DNA of 63,696 nt, the filler included, from Reticulomyxa filosa (taxonomy: Eukaryota > Protista > Foraminifera): NCBI GenBank assembly GCA_000512085.1. It is 23 parts of 23 records of this genome, joined end to end, with 100 filler letters (N's around TTAATTAATTAA, not from the genome) between each part and the next. Parts side by side here need not be neighbours in the genome. Positions count along the whole stretch, not along the records: positions 51,266 to 53,603 come from ASPP01013585.1; positions 53,704 to 56,566 come from ASPP01027927.1; positions 56,667 to 58,258 come from ASPP01011589.1; positions 58,359 to 63,696 come from ASPP01003739.1; 19 more parts are not named here. One strand, given 5' to 3'. The notes below the pieces were generated by a model. That model had not been told where the DNA came from and ran no database searches. It was given only the letters and a program-made list of their open reading frames with translations. Both the position numbers and the translations under genes were made by a program. This document shows positions 51,391 through 63,696 of this stretch, one piece after another (the stretch's first letter is position 1; the number at the start of each line of letters is the position of its first letter).

Positions 51391-53603
51391 TCAAGAATCT
51401 TCCCTTTCGTTTGAATCAAGATCAAGACTATCACTTCCATATTCTTTTTCGAACTCATCCCTGTGCAAATGAATGACATATTGTAAGTATTTTACAATTT
51501 CAGTAAAGGTCGGTCTGTTTACAGGATCAAATTCCCAGCATGCATTGATCAGTTTGCAAAATTCTTCTGGACAATCGCTTGGAATTTTGGGTCTGAGTCC
51601 TTGCTTCACTTTCGTTGCATAACTTGCAAAGCCTATGTTTTTCAAAGTATTTTCTTCCCTTCCTCGACAATACATTTCCCATAGCAAGACCCCATAGCTG
51701 AAGACATCCACTTTGCTGTCATATCCATGAGGGCGTGGTGGTTCGATTACTTCAGGTGCCATATATCCCATTGTCCCAACCTCGGTCATGGCAGAGGTGA
51801 GTAAGTCCAAGTGTTTGGCAGTGCCAAAGTCAGTTACTTTTACGCGAAACTCTTCATCCAACAACAAGCTTTAAGATTTGACCCAGTCAAAAAGCGCCAC
51901 ACATACACACATATACATGTATGTATATACATATATATATGCATGTAATCATTTCATTTGCTTTTTTGCTACAACAAATAAAATAAACAATTCCATGTTC
52001 AACTTGTGGCTTTTCAAGTCTCGGTGGATGATATTTTGTGAATGCAAGTATTCCATGCCTCTGCTAACGTCCAGCGCCATCTAAACATTATAATAATTTT
52101 GCATAGTGTATATATATATATATATATATATATTGTTTCTTCGTTGTTTCAATATGGTCCGATAAAAAAAAAAAAATTAACTGTCAATACATCCAAATAA
52201 CAAATTTCAAACTCTTTGTCAACCAAAACATCAAAGAGACACCCTCCAGGTAGCCATTCCAATAACAAGAACATTTCCTTGGTTTCCATGTCAATGTGTG
52301 ATCCAAGCAATAAGGCAATGTTGGGATGTCGTAGCTGTTTGTAATACCTATACATTTTCATATTCAAAAGCATTGTTTATTGTAGAAGCAGTTAAACCAA
52401 TAAAAATAAAGAATAGGCACTATTTTAATTTTTTTTTATTTTTTATTTTTTTTTTGTTGATTTTAACTTAAGGACTTGGAGTTCTTTGTGAAACTCTTTC
52501 ATAACTTGTTCAGGCAAACGCCCAAAGCGAAACTCTTTCAAAGCTACGGTGACTTGCTCTTTGTAAATGGCTTTATGCACCACGGCAGTTTTGCCTTGTC
52601 CAACTTTTTCTCGGATAATCTGGATATCCTCCAAGTCAATGTTGTCTTCTTGCACATACTGTTCCGCGTTCATATCGGGATAAGGAATCAAGTCAAGTAA
52701 GTTTGTCCCATTTCTTCTTCCGCCAACAACGTCCTCGTTTCAAGAGACTCTGGTGCATGTGATGTGTTGCTTTGTGTCAATACCAGGGGTGGTGGATCTA
52801 TTCCATTGTACTTTTCTTCTTCTTCTTCTTCTTCTGTCTCTTGTTCTAACTTGCGAACAAATAAACCTTCAATTTCGTTTGGATGCGATTTCGACTTTCG
52901 TTGTTTTTTGGGCTCCAATACATCCAACACCCAAGATACATTTTTCGTGCTTTGTGGATACACCGTGGATCCTTCCTCTTCTTCGTCATCTCTATCATCA
53001 TCAATTTCATCTTCTTCGTCATCATCATCATCATCATCATCTTCTTCTTCTTCTTCTTCTTCTTCTTCTTCTTGTTCACTCCTTATCTCTCCTTCTTCGC
53101 CATCCGAATTGTTGGCGTCTTGAAAAGGAAATGCAATTTCAGCGCTGTTGGAAAAAATGTTGCTATCCAACTCATTCGTGCGTGTGCCCTGTGCCAATTC
53201 GTCAATTTTCCCAGCGCTATGTCGCTTCTTCTTTTTTTTGTAGCGCTGCTCGCTCTTGGAGACCGGACTTATCACTATGTTTGAATCGATCTTCACAACT
53301 GATTGTTTTTTCTTTTTTTTTTTTTTCGATTTCGTATTTTGATTCGGATTTGAGCTTGGATTTGGGTTCAAACTTTGATTTTGATTTTGATTGTGAATAT
53401 CTTGATCTTGAGTTTTTTGTTCTTCTTTTTTCTCATTTTTATCTTTATTTCTATGTTTTGTCTTTGCTTTATTTTCTTTTTCTTTCTCTTCTTTTTTCTC
53501 TTTCTCTTTCTTTTTCTTTTTCTTTTTCTTTTTCTCTTTCCTTTTCTTTTTTTCTTTCTTTTTTTTTCCTTATCTTTGTCTTTGTCTTTGTCTTTGTCTT
53601 TGG
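51391..53603 (-). CDS. Tyrosine kinase-like (TKL) Ser/Thr kinase with charged low-complexity N-terminal region, partial
   Basis: VGQGKTAVVHKA..VALKEF, FHKELQVL, LRHPNIALLLG, HRDLKSH, VTDFG, GTMGYMAPE, DVFSYGVLLWEM and CWEFDPVNRPTF; three short introns; 1-nt frameshift at about 52695. Confidence 0.95.
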
Positions 53604-53716
53604 NNNNNNNNNNNNNNNNNNNNNNNNNNNNNNNNNNNNNNNNNNNNTTAATTAATTAANNNNNNNNNNNNNNNNNNNNNNNNNNNNNNNNNNNNNNNNN
53701 NNNGCTCCATTATTCG

Positions 53717-56150
53717 ATGATCCTGAACAATCCATTGACACGTGCTATGTTCGATTGGCCCTTTTACCAACAACAATTCCAAAAACAAAAAGATAAAATG
53801 ATCAATAATCAAGAAAAGAAAAAAAGTGAAGAAGATGAAAAGTATGAATGTTTGATTAGTGGATTATCTGATGAAAAGGAAGATAAAGACAGTTGTAGAA
53901 AATGGGCAGAATTACTTGGAAAACTGTCAATGAAATAGAATGAAAAACAATTGAATGACGATTTCAATTATTTAAAAGACATGCTCAATAAAAATGGTGA
54001 TTGAAGATATATAGAAGCACTTGGAGCAATTACAGTGAAATTGTGTGGAAAACAATTCGATAATGCTTTTAATTATTTAATCAGTAGATTAAATTGTGAA
54101 GAGATATATATATATATAAATAATGACAAATACGCTTGTCTACTTGTAAGAATTGTACAGAGATTGGATGAAGAATAAATGAATATTGCATTGAATTGCT
54201 GTATGAATAGGTTAAAGGATAAAAATGAACATCAAAATATTCGTATCAAGTGCATTCAATTAATTAAAAAAATTTGAAATAAATGTAATGAGCAACAATT
54301 AAATAAGGCCTTTAAGTCTTCAATGGATTTATTCAATGATGGAAATAACGATAAAAATTTATGCAGAATTACTTGGAACAATTGCAATGAATCTAAATGG
54401 AAAACATTTCGATGATGCTTTTGAATTTTTGATAAATGGATTAAAAGATAGTTATTGGGGTGTTCGGAAGTCATTTGTACAATCCACTTGTAATACTTTC
54501 AAAGAAATGGAATGATAAACAATTGGATGTTACTATTCAAATTTTGATTGATGGGTTTCAAAGTATAAATGGATATGATGGTTATACATCTAATTGGTTA
54601 CTTGAAGGACTTGCAATGAAATTGAATAAAACACAAATCGATTGTGTTTTCGCATGTTTGATCAATGAATTCAAAGGTAACAGTGAATGGAATAGAAAAT
54701 TCTATGCAGAATGCATTGGATTTTTTTCAAGAAAATTAAATAAAAAGCATTTGGGTGATTTCTTCGAATGTTTGGATGGATTGGAAGATGAAAATAAATG
54801 TATTCGTGTATTATATAGAAAATCACTTAAAGCCATTTCAATAACATTAAATGCCAGACAATCGGATAGAGTTTGCAGTGCTTTCATTCATGGATTAAAA
54901 GATGAAGCTATCTATTTCGTAAATCATATGCAGAATCGCTTGGAGTAATTTCAGAGAAATTGAATGACAAATAATTGTATTTATTGATAATACATTTATT
55001 GAAAAGAGCGAAAAAGGGACACGAAAGGGTACATTATCAAAAATATCGATGATATGTGCAATGAAAGAAAATATGCAGGTAATCAAAGAACAAAATATTT
55101 AGCAAAGATGGTTTAGTAATGTGAACATACAAATGGAATTGTTGGCTTTTGGTTTGATAACATTCAATCCTCGCATTCAATTGAATTGCAATGATAAAAA
55201 TATAACTTTGGATGATTTGAACGAATTGATCAAGTATTGTGATAGACAAGCTATTGAATGGAAATTCCCAACTCATCAATTAAAATGGAATAATAGCAAT
55301 TACGATAGAGATATTCCATATCCTTATTTGAATGATGAAATTGAACAAGTTTGTAATGATGAAAATACATATAAAGGATGTTACACTGTTATTCATGAAG
55401 CAGTAAGATCAGGAGACTTGAAACAATTCAAATTGGCATTGCAAAATCATCCAGATATTGATATAAATATTCATGTAATGAACATCGACAAATTCCATTG
55501 CATTTGGCAATCAATCATCAACATTGGGATATTGCTGTTATTGCATTCAACAAGTGCATATATTGATATCTAAAGAGGTTGCCAACTCTCTCATTTTAAG
55601 AACTCCTTTTAAAAATATCATGGAGTTGATTATAAAACATAAAAATAACAAGAATGATAAAAAGTATTTAGATGCAATGGATATTTGTAATGGATATTAA
55701 AACAACGAACAATATATTTAATGGAAAGAATCAAATATGCAATTGATTATGTCAAAGATAAATTGATTGATCAAAATGATGTACTTAAAATGATTGATAA
55801 AGAGAGTTATGAAACATTATTAGAAGAAGGTGCAACATTCTTATTGGGAGAAGTCAGACAGAATTAAAAGAAATATTAATTAAAAATCATTTACTGTATT
55901 GGGCTGCTGGTCGAAATATCACTTTCATTAATATAGAAAATTCAATTTAAAAAAATTTGATGATGGATGGTATCCAATGCCATTTTTAATCTTTCGAATA
56001 TTTTTGTTATTTGAAATATGTACAGTATTAAGACAGGAAGGGACAAGCCAGATGCGATTATCAAAATGTTCAACATTCAAACAAGTATATGAAAAAGGTA
56101 TGAAAGAATTGCAAGTTCAATTAACCACTTATTGAGATTGTATTATAGTT
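53717..56150 (+). pseudogene. HEAT-repeat + ankyrin-repeat pseudogene
   Basis: Tandem ~40-aa units (KLNxxQLDxxFxxLINGLKDxxxxVRxxCAExLGxIS), then ankyrin-like TVIHEAVRSGDLKQFKLALQNHPDIDIN; many in-frame stops and frameshifts. Confidence 0.8.
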
Positions 56151-56666
56151 GAAGAGTTTAAACACAACTGTGTCATATTCTCATTACTTTTACTATTCCC
56201 TCTTAGTTGCATTTTAATATATTTTTTGTTCTTATCAATACCTGAATCATTTAGTTTGAAAGAAGCAACCAAATAGGGTTAAATCAATCCATACTCATTC
56301 TTTGGATGAGATATATTTAAGATTGTGTTGCAATAGCATTCAATTAATTCTCAAAAGACAGACAATTCAAATTATTTACAATTATCTTGTTTGATTCTAA
56401 TCGTCTTTGATCAACATGAGTTTGTTCGTTCCAGTTTAAAGTTTTAATATATTTTATAAGCTTTTTCATAAGAAAATATTGCACAATGAAACTCATCAAT
56501 GATGGAAATAATAATGGCATTGATGAAATTATGTTGTTGTCTTCTGCACAGAGAAATTTACAAATCNNNNNNNNNNNNNNNNNNNNNNNNNNNNNNNNNN
56601 NNNNNNNNNNTTAATTAATTAANNNNNNNNNNNNNNNNNNNNNNNNNNNNNNNNNNNNNNNNNNNN

Positions 56667-56829
56667 GCAGTGCCTGCTGGATCAGCCGGTCCGTCACCGT
56701 CGGGATGCCCAGCTCCCGCTGGCTTCCGTCTGGTTTCGGAATCATCACCCTGCGTACCGGCGAGGGCCGGTACGTCCCCGCCAGCAGCTCCTGGCGGATC
56801 CGCGGCCACGTCGTTTGCAGCAAGTGTGG
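56667..56829 (-). pseudogene. ltrA: Group II intron reverse transcriptase/maturase ORF, fragment downstream of the IS insertion
   Basis: [52 protein letters not shown] corresponds to RT0-RT2 of bacterial group II intron RTs. Confidence 0.93.
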
Positions 56830-56882
56830 GGGAGTGTCAGAAAGTTTGTGTGTGGGGCATAGCATGTCGACTTGGAGCATGA

Positions 56883-58147
56883 ATGCCACGCAAGAAGAAA
56901 ACAGAAGCCCCTACGGGCAATGCGGCGCAGCCGCAATTCTCAGCCGCAGCGCTTGAGCAGTTGATCCCTGGGCCGGTGACGCCGGCCGAGCTGGAGAACA
57001 TCTTCCAGCAGTTCAAGAAGGCTGTGATGGAGCGCGCCCTGGGCGCGGAGATGAGCCATCACCTGGGCTATGCACCCGGCCAAGCCAAGCCCGAAGGGCG
57101 GCCACCAATCACCGCAACGGCAAGAGTACGAAGACCGTCTTGACCGACGTTGGCGCGCTTCGCATCGACGTTCCACGCGACCGCGAGGGCACGTTCGAGC
57201 CGCAGTTGATCGGCAAGCACGAGCGGCGCTTCACGGGCTTTGACGACAAGATCCTGGCCATGTACGCCCGCGGCATGACGGTGCGCGAGATCCAAGGCTA
57301 CTTGGCCGAGATGTACGCGGTGGACGTCTCGCCAGACCTCATCAGCCGCGTCACGGACGAGGTGATGAGCGAGATCACCACCTGGCAGACGCGCCCTCTG
57401 GAGCCGATGTACCTGGTGGTGTTCTTCGACGCGCTGCGCGTCAAGATTCGCGAGGACGCTGTGGTGCGCTCCAAGGCCGTGTACCTGGCGCTGGGCGTGC
57501 TGCCGGACGGTACGCGCGACATCCTCGGGATCTGGATCGAGAACACCGAGGGCGCCAAGTTCTGGATGAAGGTCTTCAACGATCTGAAGACCCGTGGGGT
57601 CAGCGACATCCTGATCGCCGTCACCGACGGCCTCAAAGGCATGCCAGAGGCGCTGGGCGCGGTGTTCCCGTCCACGACGCTGCAGACCTGCATCGTGCAC
57701 CTGATCCGCAACAGCCTGGACTTCGCGGCCTGGAAGGACCGCAAGGCGCTGGCCGCGGCCATCAAGCCGATCTACACGGCGGTGAGCGCGGAGGCCGCTG
57801 AGAGCGAGCTGGACGCGTTTGAAGCCGGTCCCTGGGGCCAGAAGTTCCCCACGGTCGTCAGCGCGTGGCGACGGGCCTGGGACAAGGTCATTCCCTTCTT
57901 CGCGTTCCCACCCGAGGTCCGGCGCGTGATCTACACGACCAACGCCATTGAAAGCGTGAATGCACGGCTGCGCAAGATCATCAAGACACGCGGGCACTTC
58001 CCCAGCGATGACTCGGCCACCAAGCTGATCTGGCTGGCGCTGCGCAACATCACCGAGGACTGGACCCGACCGACTCACCACTGGAAAGCCGCGATGAACC
58101 AGTTCGCAATCCTCTACGAAGATCGATTCACCAGACCGGTGTCGTAG
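56883..58147 (+). CDS. IS256-family (Mutator-like) DDE transposase; 1-nt frameshift at about 57098
   Basis: GGAG RBS at 56874-56877; [68 protein letters not shown] and YTTNAIES. Confidence 0.96.
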
Positions 58148-58158
58148 GATCCCCCACC

Positions 58159-58181
58159 GCCTTCACGCAATCGGTGAAGGC
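58159..58181 (+). terminator. GC-rich hairpin downstream of the transposase stop
   Basis: GCCTTCAC-gcaatcg-GTGAAGGC, an 8-bp stem. No U-tract, so terminator function is uncertain. Confidence 0.4.
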
Positions 58182-58217
58182 TCAACGAGCCTCACACACA
58201 GAAATTCGGACAGGCCC

Positions 58218-58258
58218 AGTGGTGGGTGTGCTCGATGTCGAGCCCGTCCACGCCTGCT
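58218..58258 (-). pseudogene. ltrA: Group II intron RT ORF, fragment upstream of the IS insertion
   Basis: AGVDGLDIEHTHH (RT0 GVDG motif) joins in frame to the 56667-56822 fragment once the IS and one target-site copy are removed. Confidence 0.9.
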
Positions 58259-58999
58259 NNNNNNNNNNNNNNNNNNNNNNNNNNNNNNNNNNNNNNNNNN
58301 NNTTAATTAATTAANNNNNNNNNNNNNNNNNNNNNNNNNNNNNNNNNNNNNNNNNNNNGTGTGTTATAGTTTATCACCAGATAAAGAAAAGACAGCCAAA
58401 AGAGATTTTTGGCAAATTTTTCATTGGATTTTGAAACAATATATCATAGTACTCGGCACAAACTTAAATAAACAACGGAGTGTTTATTCATATAAAATGC
58501 ATACAATTTCAGATATCCAAACGCATTATCATTTTCATATATCCAATCTAAAATCTTCAATTGCTATGAAACAGTAGCAACATCCATTCCTCTCTTTTAC
58601 CCCATTTCAGATTTTAATACAAAATAAGCTACGTGACCAATAAAATAGCGTGTTTAATAAATTGAAATTAATCAAATTGAAATGCATCAATACTGTCAAT
58701 AGAAGAAGTGATAAATGACCTCATAAGTAAGCCAAATTGAATCACATTTCTTTTTTCATTATGCATCAATTTTTTATCTTTGCATTACTTCATGTCTCCA
58801 ATTTCCTTTTATTTTTTCCAAATATGGCCAACTGCACGGTTATTCAGTTTAGGGTAATGTGCAACTAATTACTGGATCAGTACGCAAATACAAAGATAAT
58901 TGTATTGGATTAGAAAATTATGAAGCTACCAATTAATGATTCCAAAAATTAATATTGATTCTATAAAAAAATATTCACATAAAATTCAAGTAAAATGTA

Positions 59000-61900
59000 C
59001 AAAAACATTGCCAATAAGTTCTGAGGGGACAAACTGAGTAGAAAATATTGACTGGAGACCTTAAGTTGTTGGCAGCAGCATGAAATCCACCTTGGCGTTG
59101 GTGATTCCACATTTATTAAATGTGTTCAGGGTGGTGTCAAGTGTAAATAATGAATATGCAAAGTTCAACGTTTTATAAATTGGTCTTCAAATCGACATTA
59201 TACAGGTAAATAACAGTTAATAAAAGATCAAATGTGAAAAAAAAAATGTTCATTAAAAAAAAGTGTACGTTTACGTATATCAGATATAATACGTAAAGTA
59301 TAGATTGCACATATAAGGAATTTGATTCAAAATGATTTAAAAAAAAATAACAAAAACAATAGTGCACTTACGAATGGTAAAGTGGAAGCGTTGATGACAC
59401 CACTATCAAATGAAATATGCAGACGGTGTCAACAATCAAGAATGAGCATGACATTCAAGGCGCTGTTTGCAATCAATTGTCCCAGGACCACGTCTACACG
59501 AGCGCAGAACTCAGCTGCAAACATTATATATCGTCGCAGCAAATTTTTCATTCCAACGTACCGCTGCTAAATTCTCATCGACTTGCACAACTTCGCCAGC
59601 TATGTTGTAAATGTTATCCAATTCTGCAACGTTACGTTGTTTTTTATTTTTTTATTTTTTTAAAAAAAGCAAACAAACAAAAAATTGTACATACTATACA
59701 GATCATCAAGATATACGTAGTGATGTGATTGTGTAGCAAAGTGAGTCATGGACAGACGGCGATGAAGGTTCCAACGTATGGTTCGACTAGCAACTGCTGG
59801 TGCAAGTCGTAGATGAAAATCCATCTCCATTGTCCGATTGCATGCCCTTAAGGCGAATGAAGCGCTATTTGCTCAAATAAGAGCAATGAGCATAACGCAA
59901 CCGACGAGCAATTCTATTGCAAGTCGGCCGTAATTCTTATACTCTTTTTGCGCAAAGAGACGCTGATTTCCCCAATAAGTGGCGTCCAGTGACATCTTTT
60001 CCGTCAATGCAACATCCACATGACTTTGGGAACTAACCGATTCTCTTGCTTTCACACATTGCTCCATATCCAATCCACGTTGACTATGTCCTGCTGCCAA
60101 GTTATCTTTGTGTTCTTTTTTTTGTTTCTGCAGTATAGACATTATCTCTTGGCTGTGACTTGTGTATAGTATACTGGTGGAGCTTGGAGATTTAAACAAA
60201 GCGGCACAAATGATTGTACAAATTGGAGAAGCCGCAAATGATGATTGATTCCCACCACTTATCGTTGTGGCCGCACAATGCGAGATTTGGATTGCAATAT
60301 TGTGAACCAGAGAAGGTAAAATCTTTTTCTTTTGTTTATGTGCAATCTGTAACTATATGTTGTGTGTTTGTCACAACAGGATCCCCCCCAACTGTGATTA
60401 GAAAAAAAAAGAAGAAGAAGGGGTAGAAACCACCCCCGTCTCCGAAAGGAGAGAAAAAGGTTTGTCTTATTTATCTCTTTTTTTTTGTATGTATACATAT
60501 ACAAATGTTTTGTGATTTGTACATAGGTTCCCCCATCCGGCAATGCCGTACCATCGGTCCATATCCTCCACACACACAAAATAAAAATAAGAAAATAAAA
60601 AATGAAAAATGAAAAATGTAAAAATGAAAAAGAAAATCGGGGTCGAAATCCATCCCACCTCCGAAAGGAGCAAAAAAAGTATGAGTATGTTTGTATATAT
60701 ACATATACTTTTATTATATGATGTGATGTGTTTGTTTTTGTGTTTGTTAGTAATAGGAGTTCCCCCTTCAAAGAAAAAAAAATTATATGTTTATATTTTT
60801 ATTTATTTATTATTACTCCTAATCCCCAAAAAACAAAACAAAAATTTATTAAGTGTGTATAGGAAAAAAAAAAAAAAGAAAACTGAACTTAAATGGACCA
60901 CTTGTTGCAGTTAAGCATTCATCTTTATTTTTAAAAATTATAAAATGTAATTTTGGCTGTGCTTGTGTACAGACATCATTGACAATTTGTATGGAAATGA
61001 TTAAAAAGGGTTAAGTTGAAGAAGAAAAAAAAGTTATACGTGGGGGGGGGGGGTTAAAAAATGTAGTAATAAAAAGGGGAAAATGAAGAAGGTGAAGAAA
61101 AAAAAAGATGATAATAAAAAAGAAAAAGAAAATGGAAAAAAGAAAATAGAAAAATAATAGAAAAAAGAAAGAAAAAAAGAAAATATGAAATATGAAAAAA
61201 AAAAGAAGAAAAAAATGAAATGAAAAAAAAAAAGTAAAAAAAAAGAAAGGAAAAAAGCAAAAATGAAAAAGGATAATGTTTATAATTTTTTTAATTTTTT
61301 TTTGTTGAAGAATTGTTGTCTCCTGCGAGTGCAACAACAATCGTTAAGTATTTTTTTGTTTGTTTGTTTATTTATTTAAAAAACTGATAACATCTTATAA
61401 TATTGTAGAATTGGCATTGAACTAGATCATTCCCATAATCAAACGCAAGCTGAAAGATATTGTGAAGACATAAAGTGGATGATTGTAAGAAGCAAGCATT
61501 GCACTCGACTAAGCGGTACGATACAACCAACAGCGCACATTTTCATTATTATTCAACTCAGCTGCTGTGTCATTAGCTCCACTTTATTTATTGGCGGCAA
61601 CTCATTGAATAAACATTTATTCGTCGCTTGGATGATTCTTCTATTGACATATATGAATATCATCTGCTTGCATTTCAAATTACAAATAATGCGCTTCCGA
61701 CAGCATCCAGAACTCGCTACTCAACATACAAGCTATTCCTGAAGTAAAATCGACCAAAAAAAAACACACACAAACACATCCACCAGTGACAATAGTCGTA
61801 CAGTCCAGTTCCATTGATAAAAATGTACCGGAATAGTCGTTGTTGAACAAAGGTGTCACTTTGAACTCGAAGAAGCGCTACACATACTCGATATTTTGCA

Positions 61901-63696
61901 ATCTTAAAATTTGAATGTTGCCTTCAAGATACCATCGAAACACACAGTCACAAGTCCTACGTTTTCGATATCGCTATCAAAAGGAACACGGCGTAATTGA
62001 AAGATAAGCAAGTTGAAGTGAATTATGATCAAATAGTTATCTTTCTTTTTTTTTCACAATAATCTCCAATTAATGTGTAATTTCTGTACATATATAGATT
62101 TGACATAAAAAATACATCCAAGTGAAGGCGTTAGAATTATTGATAATTTGATCATATCATAGTACGTATCCGTTGCTGACCATATTTGGCCGAATTGTAA
62201 GCATTAAACTGCTTTCTTCGGCGGCAGATAATATTGGCACTGTTTATTATCCACATGGCTACCTCCGATAATAGTTTGACCCACTGTCTTCTCTTCAAGT
62301 CGCATTTGAAGAATAGTCAAATGCTGGTCATGATCAGTCAATTTGTGAACATTGCTATCAATTTATTAATGTCACTGTTGTCGAGTTAGTGTATCATTCC
62401 TCTGGGAATCGGTGGCGATGACATGCGCGTTTAGTAACGTTCAGAAAAAATGAACATCTGGATCGCGCTCAACAATCTTGGAATGGAAATTTATCTATTT
62501 GCATATATCTACAATTATCTTAACGTATAACCATACCACGAGTGACCACAGTAGACGACAAAGGCAACATTCTCTATTTCAAGGTATATCATATTTTCAA
62601 TTGTTGTAATAATATCTTAATCAACACAATGTTGGCATGTGCCTTTTCATCGTAGAATAATATACTTCAGGTTTGTATTGAAAGCAAGAAAAAGATGTAT
62701 ATATAGAAGAAGAAGAAGAAAAAAAAGATTAACTTAATGAAAGGAGAAAAGAAAAAAGAACAGCAAAAATATCGACGAATATTATTATGGATATATGAAT
62801 TGTGCCAATAATATGATAAATGGTGATAGTTGATGATTGACAAAATAAAGTAGATAATGTGGACGAAGATGTCAACCACAATGAAATCCATAAATGACGT
62901 CGGTATGAATATCCACCAAAGATTATGAATGATTATGTAGATATTATTGAAATTGAACATAAATGACAATATATTGCTAATTCATTCGATGCACTCCAAC
63001 TCGTCAATACACAGAATTTGATCAAATATCTATCATCGCCCTGTATATGTATTTGTGATTATGTTCTTTGGTAATCACTCACTCACCCCCCTTGATATCG
63101 ACAGATCAAAGATATTGAAACATTTTCAAGATACTGTTGGTATGGTCTTTGCGTCGGTTTGGTGGAATATATCAAATTGGAGTATGTTATTCGTCAAGTA
63201 AGATTGCTTCATTAATGCGAACACTTTTGGAAAAAAAATTGAACATTGAATATTCGCATCTTTCTTTCTGGCAATCTGGATGGATTTCTTATTTATTGTT
63301 TTTACAGCAGTTAGAGTACGATAATTCCATAAGATTGTGTATTGAGAAGAATACGTCCAGATAGCTTGAAGCAAATGTTGCTGTCTTGAATTGACTGATA
63401 ATCCAATATCAAATGATTCAATCCAAAGTCTATAAGAACCAGCTTTGTTGCGGAAACTGTCGGTCTTGCAAGAACTCGTCTCATCCAACAGCGTGGAATG
63501 AACTAACCACTAAAAAGAAGAAACAAATCGACCGTTGAAAAGCAGAATACTTTTGGTAAAACATTGGTCGGAATGTTGGAAGCTCTTAAATGTCAAAACA
63601 TGAAGGGTTTCACCAAAACTGGAAGTTCAACCTTTTGCTGAAGAAGTGTTGCAGTGTTAATGAAATAGAAATAGTTTGCAATTTCCGCACCTGCAA
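59000..63696 (+). pseudogene. Heavily decayed multi-exon coding sequence(s), including duplicated Pro/Lys-rich exons at about 60380-60780
   Basis: Protein-like frames with frequent stops; GT-AG bounded exons GSPPTV..KPPPSPKGEKK, ..GSKSIPPPKGAKK and GVPPSKKK. Family not identified. Confidence 0.3.

Larger units (their letters stand above)
56830..58217 (+). mobile_element. IS256-family insertion sequence (1388 bp)
   Basis: Imperfect TIRs GGGAGTGTCAGAAAGTTTGTGTGTGGGGC (left) and revcomp GGGCCTGTCCGAATTTCTGTGTGTGAGGC (right). Flanks AGTG-TGG (56823-56829) and AGTGGTGG (58218-58225) form an 8-bp target duplication with one G missing on the left. Confidence 0.95.

Noticed and set aside
52753-53659. 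Long + strand ORFs rich in F/L/S/H (also 61011-61340 and 3078-3386)
   Set aside because: Antisense or alternative-frame readings of low-complexity purine tracts and microsatellites.
53717-56150. Stop-codon reassignment to explain frequent in-frame TAA/TAG/TGA
   Set aside because: Stops align with different residues (G, E, R in the ubiquitin fossil) and co-occur with frameshifts, while intact genes have long stop-free frames ending in standard stops.
57090-57110. Programmed frameshift in the transposase
   Set aside because: IS256 transposases are single ORFs, there is no slippery heptamer, and one missing G in a G-run explains it.
57068-58081. 337-aa antisense ORF over the transposase
   Set aside because: Typical shadow ORF of high-GC3 coding DNA, with no motifs.
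1615-58358. Regularly recurring TTAATTAATTAA as a repeat or CRISPR-like array; gene neighbourhoods across spacers (e.g. flippase beside scramblase, RT beside HEAT repeats)
   Set aside because: Always embedded in N-runs of fixed length, so it is an artificial linker and cross-contig adjacency is meaningless.
60439-60670. Two CTCC-GAAA-GGAG GNRA-tetraloop hairpins suggesting a ribozyme or structured RNA
   Set aside because: Explained by codons for P-K-G in duplicated exons bounded by GT/AG; no hammerhead CUGAUGA core.

Overview
This window is not one contiguous locus. It is 23 short contigs joined by 22 artificial 100-nt spacers (N44-TTAATTAATTAA-N44), so adjacency across a spacer has no biological meaning. 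22 contigs are very AT-rich eukaryotic DNA with short GT-AG introns and many decayed gene copies. The gene families (expanded WD40 and Kelch genes with an 'HWIR..LGWI..F' exon, HEAT-repeat pseudogenes) look like those of a rhizarian protist such as the foraminiferan Reticulomyxa; this is recognition from memory, not a search result. Recognisable products: several WD40 proteins including a Kelch-WD40 fusion, a PP2C phosphatase, an MGMT/Ogt alkyltransferase, a midasin fragment, a P4-ATPase flippase, an anoctamin/TMEM16, a TKL kinase, a PH-domain protein, a GT2-like glycosyltransferase start and a ubiquitin pseudogene. One contig (56667-58258) is GC-rich bacterial DNA: a complete IS256-family element inserted into a group II intron reverse transcriptase ORF. 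The most interesting candidate system is at 1715-3252 (-): a spliced gene encoding Cys-rich Zn domain, then a RelA/SpoT-type nucleotidyltransferase domain, then a NACHT/STAND P-loop. This resembles an NLR-like immune receptor with an alarmone-synthetase-like effector in a protist.
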